From an uncultured Pseudohongiella sp. (GTDB lineage: Bacteria > Pseudomonadota > Gammaproteobacteria > Pseudomonadales > Pseudohongiellaceae): 64,000 nucleotides of DNA. The DNA is taken from the NCBI GenBank assembly GCA_964622925.1, contig CAZUSL010000181.1, positions 785 to 64,784 on the forward strand, in the 5' to 3' direction. The notes under the pieces are model-generated. The model saw only the letters and a program-made list of their open reading frames with translations, was not told where the DNA came from and did not search any database. The stretch's first letter is position 1, and every line of letters starts with the position of its first letter. Shown one piece after another: positions 27,501 to 35,279 of the stretch. A program made the translations under genes and the position numbers.

Positions 27501-27991
27501 GGCTGCGCGGCTTGCTTCTCAGAATCAATCGCGAAGAAGGCTCCGACGAGCAGTGGTTAGAGAACATCCTGATGTTTCTTGCCGCGAAGCCAAGCACGAA
27601 GTGGACCGATACGGACAGGAACGAAGCCGAATACAAACTTGCCGAGTTCGCACGTAGACTAGCAGACCTCTACCGGCTCGCAGCCGAAGAGCGGCGCATC
27701 CAGCTCAGCGGCAACCAGGATTTCGACGTGTACTTGCTTAAGTCATTGAAATCTGGCGGACAATTTCTTGATGAGATCATCACCATCGACCGCGAAAAGC
27801 AAGAGCACACCAGGAATATCAAGCAAGAAATCGAGGCCGCATTGCAGAAATCGGGCAATCGCGACTTGCAACTCGCGGCCCTCGCACAAGTTGTCGACGA
27901 ATTCTTGAAATCCTCGGACCAGCCGTCAAAATTAACAGGGGCTGACGAAGAGACGCCCGCCATAAACTTTGTCCGAGATCGCAAGTCGTAA
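24500..27991 (+). CDS. sspC: Large P-loop ATPase, 1163 aa (SspC-like)
   Basis: Walker A LVGPYGSGKSSFALFL and Walker B ILVVFDEFGKFLEY. It is translationally coupled on both sides. Confidence 0.75.
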   Translation: MSLADYVQVRTAYTRSINLERDSKSKGVECTYIPTTRALRTLATITERFSNEDQPRSWSLVGPYGSGKSSFALFLSELLGSQKLPHTKTALTQLGRNDSLLHSRFLEETKASDGYVSVLVSGTPERLSLRYLNALMTAVGEYWIGRRGKKPRIFDKMRGFREAGQVSISELLELTQECQQVLSKVGCPGILVVFDEFGKFLEYESHTPDANDVFLLQALAEHAYTASETKLLVIALLHQSIEQYALGVGETLKNEWAKIQGRFEEVPFIETAEQTLRVVRAALAHREFDSESRGQIEADVLKAVEILQGEGVLTDFQDVAETAKLFAGLYPLHPISAIILPYLCQLISQNERSLFGYLGSRERDGFQDMLERIGSLGEFIRPDHLFDYFLANQQSIYGDYLTQRRWAESVSAVERVADATKQQMAILKAVALVNLLGNRGRVRASEALIRSVYGPSASKDLKALQEASVLIHRKFNNEFRVWQGSDFDLESRLREQANQLGPFSLAEELTRYKAVAPIVARKYSIEKGTLRYFDVEFVDALTWEKTEKKGNPQIFLFLSAGRDDTHIYEQKARGHLARHGLVALSHAGQSLKSLVSERLALEEIERTAKELAEDPVARKELKARLEVVKHFEATHISHLLDNPQQLDWRFGACELPVASRRQFQSQLSSVLEEIYPNSPEIHNELINRDRLSSQAAAARNKLLSLLLTDTDKEDLGIDPKKFPPEKAIYRATLKETKIHKETSKGWALHAPPKNSSLFDAWNRVEKFLASTEDEARPFTAINAELMNRPYGVKAGILPILWICVYLVYEYEIALYENGRYIPGFTAEALERFVKRPDLFQVQRFRIQGLRKSIFEQYRKVISGGAQPKTILHVAKPLAAFMHELPEYTLKTRVGLSHQAIAVREAFQLAKTPKNLLFERLPMALDYRGRGSDPDERIDSFAEQLKEVLREFKNAHARMKDALRERLAETVGLNPKLPLADLRAQSLGRCHGLENQTVDVHGLRGLLLRINREEGSDEQWLENILMFLAAKPSTKWTDTDRNEAEYKLAEFARRLADLYRLAAEERRIQLSGNQDFDVYLLKSLKSGGQFLDEIITIDREKQEHTRNIKQEIEAALQKSGNRDLQLAALAQVVDEFLKSSDQPSKLTGADEETPAINFVRDRKS

Positions 27992-28854
27992 TGCACTTTT
28001 CAGAGCTACCGCAACAGGGAGACAACGAAACCCGGCACGTCCTCGGGCTGTCCGGGGGCAAGGACAGTGCCGCCTTGGCCATCTACCTGAAAGACCACTA
28101 CCCGGCCATCAGTGAGCGGGTAGAGTACTTTTTCTCCGATACCGGCGCCGAACTGAAAGAGGCTTACGAGTTTCTTGATCGGCTGGAAACCTGGCTCGGC
28201 AAGGAGATCGTCCGCCTCAGCACCGGCCGCGAATTCGATCATTGGCTCAAGGTCCACAACGGCATGCTCCCTTCGGCGCGGCAGCGCTGGTGCACCCGGA
28301 CCATGAAGATTCAACCTTTTGAAAGATTTGTAGGGGATGACCCGGTCATAACCTATGTCGGCATAAGGGCGGATGAGCAACGGGAGGGCTATATCAGCAC
28401 CAAGCCAAGCATCAAGGCCGTATTCCCATTCATCGAGGACGGCATCGCCAAGGCGGACGTGTTCCGGTTCCTCGAAGAAACTGTCGGCGTGCCCGAATAC
28501 TACAAATGGCGCTCGCGGTCTGGCTGCTACTTCTGCTTCTTCCAGCGCCAGGACGAGTGGCTGGGATTGAAAGAGAACCACCCCGAACTCTTCGAACGGG
28601 CAAAGCGCTATGAAATGCGCAAGCGGGAGCGCTACGACCTCGATGTCGCTGGCACCAGCCTCGTCGGTAGCGGCAACTACACGTGGAGCAGCGAAGGAAC
28701 TCTCGACGAGCTCGTAACGAAAGCCGAAAAGCGCCGCAAGGAATTGGGCGTCATCGCCAGCACCGCGGACAAGAACAAACGCTGGCAAGACCTCCTCCTC
28801 GAACAAGACGAAGACGACCCCGAAGACCAGGCCTGCCTAATTTGCTCGCTCTGA
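27991..28854 (+). CDS. sspD: PAPS-reductase-family PP-loop ATP pyrophosphatase (SspD-like)
   Basis: PP-loop LGLSGGKDSAALAIYL. Two CxxC pairs are present (CYFC, CLIC). ATG 27991 overlaps the upstream TAA (TAATG). Confidence 0.8.
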   Translation: MHFSELPQQGDNETRHVLGLSGGKDSAALAIYLKDHYPAISERVEYFFSDTGAELKEAYEFLDRLETWLGKEIVRLSTGREFDHWLKVHNGMLPSARQRWCTRTMKIQPFERFVGDDPVITYVGIRADEQREGYISTKPSIKAVFPFIEDGIAKADVFRFLEETVGVPEYYKWRSRSGCYFCFFQRQDEWLGLKENHPELFERAKRYEMRKRERYDLDVAGTSLVGSGNYTWSSEGTLDELVTKAEKRRKELGVIASTADKNKRWQDLLLEQDEDDPEDQACLICSL

Positions 28855-29091
28855 GGCTGCCTCCATTTCATCGATCGACTTTGCTTCGCCTTTGTAGGCG
28901 AGACACCCAAATACTTGCTCTGGATGGGTTTCAGGGAAATGCGGGTAAGCCTTCAACAGGACGCCATCAGGTCTATCCTCCACAAGTAGGCGAGTGCCAG
29001 CTTTCCAGTGGCGCGCCTTACGGATGGACTTGGGCAGGACAATCTGCCCCTTGGCGGAGACAGTTGTCGTAATCCGACTATCCTCAGGCAT
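28837..29091 (-). CDS. AbrB/MazE/SpoVT-family antitoxin-like DNA-binding protein (orphan)
   Basis: TTTVSAKGQIVLPKSIRKARHWKAGTRLLVED is a swapped-hairpin AbrB motif. The C-terminal FGCLAYKGEAKSIDEMEAA is typical of VapB-type antitoxins. No toxin ORF lies downstream. Confidence 0.8.
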   Translation of the reverse strand: MPEDSRITTTVSAKGQIVLPKSIRKARHWKAGTRLLVEDRPDGVLLKAYPHFPETHPEQVFGCLAYKGEAKSIDEMEAASERAN

Positions 29092-29240
29092 AGCAAATTC
29101 TCGTAAAAGACTGACGAACCACTAGTGTAAGCCAAGTCGACAGCATTGAGGCGTTCGCGCCATGTCGCGCCACCCCCCGATTTTTGCCATAATGCCGCGA
29201 CTTTCGCGTTACACCGTTGTTTCCCCTTTCCGGAGTCGTT

Positions 29241-30842
29241 GTGGCCGACCGTTTCGACGCTGCCCTGAAGCGCTACGGGCTACCCCTTTTTCAACCTGAA
29301 TGGACCGCGATCTGCCGCGGGATCGAGAAGGAATGCCTGCGCGTGACGCCCGAAGGCCGTATTTCCCGGCGGCCGCATCCGCCCGGGCTCGGCTCTGCGC
29401 TGAAGAATCCGTATATCACCACCGATTTCTCCGAAGCCCTGCTCGAATTCATCACGCCCAAGGATCAGAGCATCGAAGGCTGCCTGGGGATGCTGGAAGA
29501 CATCCATCGATTCACGCTGGCGAACATGGAAGAGGGCGAGATTCTCTGGGCTTCGAGCATGCCCTGTCCGGCGGGCCTGGAAGGCGAAGTGCCGATCGCG
29601 AGTTACGGCAGTTCCAACATCGGCCGCCTCAAGCGCCTGTATCGCACCGGACTTTCGTATCGCTACGACAGTCTCATGCAGGCCATTGCCGGGTTGCACT
29701 ACAACTTTTCCATGCCGGAGGAGTTCTGGCAGCCGTACCAGCGCATTGTCGGTTTCAACGGTTCCCTGCGGGACTTTCGCACCGAGAGTTATCTGCATCT
29801 GATCCGTAATTTCCATCGCCATTCCTGGCTGTTGCTCTACCTGTTCGGCGCTTCGCCCGCAGCGGCGAGCAGTTTCGTTGAAGGCCGCGAACATCACTTG
29901 CAGCGCATGGAAACGGGGACCATGTATCTGCCGAACGCCACCTGTCTGCGCATGGGCCGGCTCGGCTATCAAAGCGATGCGCAGAAATCCCTGTTCGTCT
30001 GTTACAACGATCTGCCGCTCTATGTCGAATGCCTGCAAGGCGCCATGAAAACGCCTTATCCGCCTTACGAGGAAATCGGACACAAGGTCGATGGCGAGTA
30101 TCGACAAATCAATGTCAATCTGCTGCAACTGGAGAACGAGTTCTACAGTACGATCCGCCCCAAGCGGATTGCGCGCGGCGGCGAACGGCCCCTTGATGCG
30201 CTCGTGCTTCATGGCATCGAGTATGTCGAGTTGCGCGCATTCGATCTCAATCCCTTTCTGCCGCTTGGCATCGATGCCGAGCAGGTGCGTTTCATCGATA
30301 CTTTCCTGCTGCATTGCCTGCTCGGCGAGAGCCCGCAATGCAATCGAGCGGAATTCTTCGAAGTGGCGGACAATGTTCTTCGCGTGGTGGAAGAGGGTCG
30401 CGATATGTCGATCGAACTCAATCGCGGCGGCAAGCCCGTCGCCCTGGCGGATTGGGCCGAAGGATTCCTCGCCGACATGAAGCACGCGGCGGCCCTGATG
30501 GATCATTTCCATGGCGGCGGCTACCTGGAAAGCGTCGAGCGGCAGGAAGAGAAACTCCGTAATCCGGCGCTTACGCCTTCCGCCATGATGCTGGAAGAGA
30601 TGGAACGCGGCGGACTGAGCTTCTGCGAGTTCTCGATGGCGGTTTCAAAGCGGCATGCGCAGACCCTGCTGGCGGAACCACTGGACGAGAACGTGCGCGA
30701 GTTGATGGAGCGCACCGCCGCGGAATCGCTTGAGCGGCAGCGCGAGGCCGAAGCCGCGGACAAGATCAGTTTCGATGAGTTTCTGCGGGAGTGGAACGCC
30801 TGGCAGCCGCTTGGTCACGCTATCCAGGAAAGCGAGGCATAA
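29241..30842 (+). CDS. gshA: Glutamate-cysteine ligase
   Basis: RGIEKECLRV..., DFSEALLEFITP and GIEYVELRAFDLNPF are GshA hallmarks. GTG 29241 is preceded by GGAG (the ORF-track start is TTG 29217). Confidence 0.9.
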   Translation: MADRFDAALKRYGLPLFQPEWTAICRGIEKECLRVTPEGRISRRPHPPGLGSALKNPYITTDFSEALLEFITPKDQSIEGCLGMLEDIHRFTLANMEEGEILWASSMPCPAGLEGEVPIASYGSSNIGRLKRLYRTGLSYRYDSLMQAIAGLHYNFSMPEEFWQPYQRIVGFNGSLRDFRTESYLHLIRNFHRHSWLLLYLFGASPAAASSFVEGREHHLQRMETGTMYLPNATCLRMGRLGYQSDAQKSLFVCYNDLPLYVECLQGAMKTPYPPYEEIGHKVDGEYRQINVNLLQLENEFYSTIRPKRIARGGERPLDALVLHGIEYVELRAFDLNPFLPLGIDAEQVRFIDTFLLHCLLGESPQCNRAEFFEVADNVLRVVEEGRDMSIELNRGGKPVALADWAEGFLADMKHAAALMDHFHGGGYLESVERQEEKLRNPALTPSAMMLEEMERGGLSFCEFSMAVSKRHAQTLLAEPLDENVRELMERTAAESLERQREAEAADKISFDEFLREWNAWQPLGHAIQESEA

Positions 30843-30874
30843 GGTACCATCCGCCTTAACGCGGGGGAGGTTTT

Positions 30875-31396
30875 ATGAAACTGGCAATTCCTGACAATCG
30901 CATTCTGAACTACGCGATTTTTGCCTTCACGATGTCCACCATCGGCATCGTGCTCTACATGCAATACGTCATGTTTCTGCCGCCGTGCGGGCTTTGCATA
31001 ACCCAGCGCATATTCATCATCCTTTGCGGCGTAACCTGTCTCGCGGGGGCGATCCACAACCCGCGCCCGAAAGGCCAGCGCATCTACGCCGGGGTGGCGG
31101 GGGCGATGACCATTTTCGGCAGCTATTTCGCCGGCCGGCAGATCTGGCTGCAACATCTGCCCGAAGATCAGATTCCCGCCTGCGGCCCGGGCCTGAACTA
31201 TCTCCTGCAGAACTTCCCGCTGGTAGACGCGCTGAACTTCCTGTTGCAGGGCGACGGCAATTGCGCCGAAGTGCAATTCCGCTTTCTCGGCCTGCTGACC
31301 ATTCCCGAAATGGCCATGGTCGCTTTCGTCATGCTGTTCGCAGCCTGCATGTTCATGCTGTTCCGCGATCAATGGGCGCAAACCGCCCGGGACTGA
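30875..31396 (+). CDS. dsbB: Disulfide bond formation protein B
   Basis: Four TM helices, a PPCGLC pair in loop 1 and a second Cys pair (ACGPG...GNCAE) in loop 2. Confidence 0.85.
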   Translation: MKLAIPDNRILNYAIFAFTMSTIGIVLYMQYVMFLPPCGLCITQRIFIILCGVTCLAGAIHNPRPKGQRIYAGVAGAMTIFGSYFAGRQIWLQHLPEDQIPACGPGLNYLLQNFPLVDALNFLLQGDGNCAEVQFRFLGLLTIPEMAMVAFVMLFAACMFMLFRDQWAQTARD

Positions 31397-31399
31397 TCG

Positions 31400-32311
31400 A
31401 TGGGCGCCATACTTGCCGTCAGCGAACCTGCAGAGCAGGCGACAGGTTATATCCAGCCGGGACCGCTGCTCGAACTCTGGTTCCATACCGGCACCGCCTG
31501 CAATCTCGCCTGTCCTTTCTGTCTCGAAGGTTCGAAGCCCGGCGACGACAGGCTCGAACGCATCGGCCTTGAGGACGTCCGGCCCTGGTTCGACGAAGCG
31601 GTCGCGCTTGGCGTGAAACAGTTCTCCTTCACCGGCGGCGAGCCGTTTGTCGTCAGGGATATCGTCCGCATTCTCGATTACGCCTTGCGCCGCAACCCTT
31701 GCCTTGTGCTGACCAACGGTACCGAGCCGGTGTTGCAAAGACTGCCGGCAATCGAAACGCTGGCGGGCCTGCCGCATGCGCTTTCTTTCCGGGTCAGTAT
31801 CGATTACGCCGACGAAGCGCGTCACGACGCTGGCCGCGGCGCCGGCAGCTACCGCAAGGCCTGGCAAGGCGCGGAAGAATTGCATCGGCGCGGATTCAAG
31901 GTCTCGCTGGCCCGCCAACGCGATGCCGGAGAAGACACCCGGACGGTAGACTACAAGTTTCACGAACTGTGTATCGCCCATGGGTTGCCGGACGATACCC
32001 ATATCGTGTCGTTTCCGGATTTTCTCACTCCCGGCGCCCATCCCCGGGTTCCCGCGATTACCGAGCATTGCATGAAGACTTACCACACTGGGGAATCGCG
32101 CAGCAATTTCATGTGTCATTTCTCGAAAATGGTAGTGAAAAAGAACGGCCGCATGCGGGTCTACGCCTGCACACTGGTGGACGATGACGAATCCTACGAT
32201 CTCGGAGGCAGCCTTAACGAGGCCGAAGGTGTGCGCATCATGTTGCGTCACCACCGCTGCCATACCTGTTTTACTCATGGCTCCTCCTGCAGCGAAGTCC
32301 AGAAGCGCTGA
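31400..32311 (+). CDS. Radical SAM protein with Cys-rich C-terminus
   Basis: CNLACPFC is a CX3CX2C motif, with FTGGEPF nearby. The C-terminal RCHTCFTHGSSC cluster resembles an auxiliary Fe-S (SPASM/twitch-like) site. Confidence 0.85.
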   Translation: MGAILAVSEPAEQATGYIQPGPLLELWFHTGTACNLACPFCLEGSKPGDDRLERIGLEDVRPWFDEAVALGVKQFSFTGGEPFVVRDIVRILDYALRRNPCLVLTNGTEPVLQRLPAIETLAGLPHALSFRVSIDYADEARHDAGRGAGSYRKAWQGAEELHRRGFKVSLARQRDAGEDTRTVDYKFHELCIAHGLPDDTHIVSFPDFLTPGAHPRVPAITEHCMKTYHTGESRSNFMCHFSKMVVKKNGRMRVYACTLVDDDESYDLGGSLNEAEGVRIMLRHHRCHTCFTHGSSCSEVQKR

Positions 32312-32323
32312 CCCGACCGCCTT

Positions 32324-33694
32324 GTGCGCGCCGTCCCAGGCGCGGTTCCGGTATTTCCGCCCACCGGGTGTCACATTTTGAAATTTTCGACTCGCAGCAT
32401 CACGGAGCAAGTGCCGGTCGATTCGGTAGGGCTGTTCTGCGCCATCGGATATCTGGCGCTGGCGATTCTGGCCAAACAGTCCGGAGAACCTCAACTCTTG
32501 CCGTTCTTCGCGCTGATGTTGTGGACCGGCCTGCCTGTCTTCGGCTTGTACCTGTTCGCCATGCGGCGGGACAGGCCCATTCCTTTGGGACGGCTTTTCT
32601 TCTGGGCGCTGGTATTCAGAGTCTGCGGACTGTATGGCGGTCCGCTGTTCGAGGACGATTTTTTTCGCTATCTGTGGGACGGCTACCGCTTCGCCACGTC
32701 GGGTACGCCATATGGCGTAGCGCCGGAAGCATTTTTTGTCGATTTGTCCGTGCCTGCGGTTTTCCAGTCAGTCCTGAGCCAGGTCAACAATCCCGACTTG
32801 CATACGATTTACGCGCCCGTGACGCAGTTTGTGTTTTTGCTTGCCTACTGGCTGCGGCCGGCGAGTGTGGAGGCCCTGCAGGTTCTGCTCATTCTGGTGG
32901 ACCTGGGCGTAGTCGCGCTGCTGCTGCGCCTGACGTCCGCCCGCAACGTCATGCTGTACGCCTGGTGTCCGTTAATCGTCAAGGAAATCGCCTTTACCGC
33001 GCATCCGGACGGAATCGGCGTTTTCCTGTTGTTGGCGGCAATCATTCTGGCGCGGGACAGCCATTGGCGCGGCTCGGCCGTCTTGCTGGGTCTGGCCGTC
33101 GGCGCGAAGATTCTCGCGCTGGTTGTCGCGCCCTTGTTGCTGGCTCGCGCCCGGCCGATGCACTGGATCTTGTTCGCGCTTACGATCGCGTTGTTATACG
33201 CGCCATTCGCGATCATGGGCGGCACCGACCTCGCTTCATTCGCGATTTTCGCGCGCGAGTGGGAATTCAATTCGGCGCTGTTCGGTTTGCTGGCGGCGGT
33301 GATGGATCGTTTCGACGCGAGAGTTCTGCTGGGTCTGGCCTATGCCGCTGTCTGGCTGGCGTACGCCCGGCAATTCGTTTCAAGGCAAGAGTGGTCGGTT
33401 CCCCGCAGCGATTGGCTTTTCGGTGGGTTGCTGCTGGTTTCGCCGGTGATCAACCCTTGGTATCTGATTTGGCTGTTGCCGTTTGCTGCGGTTTATCCGA
33501 GCGCCTGGGCCTGGACCGCCTCGTTCGCCGTTCTGCTGAGTTACATCAGCGGTATAAATATCGACATGAACATGCAAGCATACGAGCAGCCGCTTTGGGT
33601 GCGGTTACTGGAATTTAGCCTGATCGCCGCCGCGCTATTGGTTGATTGGCGGCGTCGTTGGGTGGAAAAATACGGCGGGGTCGGCAATGTATGA
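32324..33694 (+). CDS. Polytopic membrane glycosyltransferase-like protein (GT-C / DUF2029-like)
   Basis: About 10 or more hydrophobic helices. An early FEDDFFRYLWDG loop resembles GT-C mannosyl/arabinosyltransferase-like proteins. The start is uncertain (GTG 32324 or downstream). Confidence 0.55.
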   Translation: MRAVPGAVPVFPPTGCHILKFSTRSITEQVPVDSVGLFCAIGYLALAILAKQSGEPQLLPFFALMLWTGLPVFGLYLFAMRRDRPIPLGRLFFWALVFRVCGLYGGPLFEDDFFRYLWDGYRFATSGTPYGVAPEAFFVDLSVPAVFQSVLSQVNNPDLHTIYAPVTQFVFLLAYWLRPASVEALQVLLILVDLGVVALLLRLTSARNVMLYAWCPLIVKEIAFTAHPDGIGVFLLLAAIILARDSHWRGSAVLLGLAVGAKILALVVAPLLLARARPMHWILFALTIALLYAPFAIMGGTDLASFAIFAREWEFNSALFGLLAAVMDRFDARVLLGLAYAAVWLAYARQFVSRQEWSVPRSDWLFGGLLLVSPVINPWYLIWLLPFAAVYPSAWAWTASFAVLLSYISGINIDMNMQAYEQPLWVRLLEFSLIAAALLVDWRRRWVEKYGGVGNV

Positions 33695-34409
33695 GAATTT
33701 GCGCGTAGGGGTGGTGATTCCCGCACTCGATGAAGAGAAAAATATCGGTGAGGTGGTGCGTTCGCTGCTTGCCTTGGAAGCCGACGGCGGACGGCTGGTC
33801 GACGATCTGGTTGTCTGCGATAACGGCTCGACCGACGCGACAGCCGTTGTCGCTGTTGCCGCCGGAGCGCGGGTGGTTCCGGAGCCGGTTGCCGGATACG
33901 GCATGGCTTGCCTGACGGCGGTTCGGGAACTGCGCGAGGTCGATGTTGTGCTTTTTGTCGACGGTGATCAATCCTGCCACGTGGAGCAATCGGAAGACTT
34001 GCTCGCCGCCATCGCTGCCGGCGCCGACCTGGTGGTTGGCTCGCGGGTGCTGGGCAAGATGGAACGCGGGGCGCTTTCGATTCCGCAACTCGCCGGAAAT
34101 CATGTCGCCAGCCTGATGATTCTATTGTTGTGGAGGCATAGAATCACCGACCTCGGCCCGTTCCGGGCGATTCGAACCGAAGCGCTTGAGCGAATCGAAA
34201 TGCGGGACGAGGCCTACGGCTGGACCGTGGAAATGCAGGTAAAAGCGATCCGGCATGGGCTGCGAATCGTCGAGGTTCCGGTGGATACGGCCTGCCGCCG
34301 CTTTGGCAAATCCAAGGTGGGCGGCACGCTCAAGGGCATCGTCGGCGCCAGCGTGGGTATTCTGTCGACAATTCTCAAGCTGCGCTTGCAAGCCCCTCCT
34401 CAGGGCTGA
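33687..34409 (+). CDS. Family 2 glycosyltransferase (polyprenol-phosphate sugar synthase-like)
   Basis: ATG 33687 overlaps the upstream stop by 8 nt. VVIPALDEEKNIGEVV and VCDNGSTDAT are GT2 motifs. Confidence 0.8.
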   Translation: MYENLRVGVVIPALDEEKNIGEVVRSLLALEADGGRLVDDLVVCDNGSTDATAVVAVAAGARVVPEPVAGYGMACLTAVRELREVDVVLFVDGDQSCHVEQSEDLLAAIAAGADLVVGSRVLGKMERGALSIPQLAGNHVASLMILLLWRHRITDLGPFRAIRTEALERIEMRDEAYGWTVEMQVKAIRHGLRIVEVPVDTACRRFGKSKVGGTLKGIVGASVGILSTILKLRLQAPPQG

Positions 34410-35248
34410 TTCAAGGCCCAATCGTATTCGTATTCGATGAAACCGGCGAAATCTTGCAGTTTTCCGGCCAGTTCCGGCTCGGCGTATTGCAGGAGGTGGT
34501 CGATCACGGTCTCCTCGTTACCGCCGAAGTCTTCCACGAACCAGGTGTAAATGCTCGAAACGACCATGAAGTCCTCGTCGATGATGTCGACTCCCCTGAT
34601 ATGGTTGACGTATTCCCGGGCGGCGGTGTCGAGCAATTCCTCGGTGTTCTCTCCGCTGAAGGCCGTGGGCATGAGGTTCGGGCAGCCGATGCTCGCGCAA
34701 TTCACGCCGTAGTGTATGCGCGGGTCGCTGTAGATCGGCCGCAGGATGCCATGCTCGATATTGTCCAGCGTCAGGTCCAGCCCCGCGACTTCGGCGCGAA
34801 CGTCCCCCCACGGGCCGACCGGAATGATGCCGCCGATGCCGAGCAGACTTTCGCTGATTTCGCGGATCGAATCGACCGGATATTCCCCGGTTACGGTTTC
34901 CACCGTAAGCGCGTTATAGAAATTGATCCAGTAGGCTTTCTGCTCCACCCGCGAGTATTCTCTCGGATCGAAGGACTGCAACATGGCCAGATAGTCCCTC
35001 AGCTTCTCCCTGTCTCCCGCACTCGCCTTGAGCGCCGCGTAATCGAAGCGATTGATTCCTGACTCGTGCTTAAGCAGAAACTTGTCTAGCAGCGACTGCC
35101 AGGCCGAATGGTCCACCGTGGCCGCGTTCGTCTCGTCGCTCGCGTCCCAGGCGGGGATCAGCACCGCCTGGGCGTTGGCGAAGTTGGCGAAAAAAGCCGC
35201 AGCGAGAACCGCTGCTGCGGCTCGCAGGATTGCGCCGGATTTGGTCAT
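34400..35248 (-). CDS. DUF547-domain protein, secreted
   Basis: Signal peptide (AAFFANFANAQA). YWINFYNALTV and HYGVNCASIGCPNL segments are recognised from memory as DUF547. The 3' end overlaps the GT2 3' end by 10 nt. Confidence 0.7.
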   Translation of the reverse strand: MTKSGAILRAAAAVLAAAFFANFANAQAVLIPAWDASDETNAATVDHSAWQSLLDKFLLKHESGINRFDYAALKASAGDREKLRDYLAMLQSFDPREYSRVEQKAYWINFYNALTVETVTGEYPVDSIREISESLLGIGGIIPVGPWGDVRAEVAGLDLTLDNIEHGILRPIYSDPRIHYGVNCASIGCPNLMPTAFSGENTEELLDTAAREYVNHIRGVDIIDEDFMVVSSIYTWFVEDFGGNEETVIDHLLQYAEPELAGKLQDFAGFIEYEYDWALNQP

Positions 35249-35279
35249 GGTCGATTCGCTCCGATTTTTCCTGGCTGCA

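Larger units (their letters stand above)
18640..29150. other. Horizontally acquired AT-richer genomic island (defence-type gene content, no integrase)
   Basis: There is a sharp compositional drop. Sampled 60-nt lines give 40/60 G+C at 1-60, 14/60 at 19801-19860, 21/60 at 22261-22320, 32/60 at 25201-25260 and 35/60 at 28201-28260. All eight ORFs have nucleic-acid-related signatures. Boundaries are approximate. Confidence 0.8.

Noticed and set aside
28006-28806. 266-aa ORF antisense to the PAPS-reductase-like gene
   Set aside because: The sense strand carries the SGGKDS PP-loop. The antisense translation has no motif.
18640-29150. Alternative classifications of the island as BREX type 4, Dpd (7-deazaguanine) or classical DndABCDE
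   Set aside because: I saw no PglZ/BrxL/BrxA-like genes (BREX) and no tRNA-guanine-transglycosylase-like DpdA (Dpd). I also saw no DndE or DndA, and the PP-loop protein is much shorter than the ~500 aa I recall for DndC. The DUF4007-like partner instead points to the Ssp type. This rejection rests on motif reading only and should be confirmed by HMM search.
30815-32494. 559-aa ORF antisense across dsbB and the radical SAM gene
   Set aside because: It spans two well-supported sense genes, is Arg/Ala/Gly-rich and has no domain signatures.
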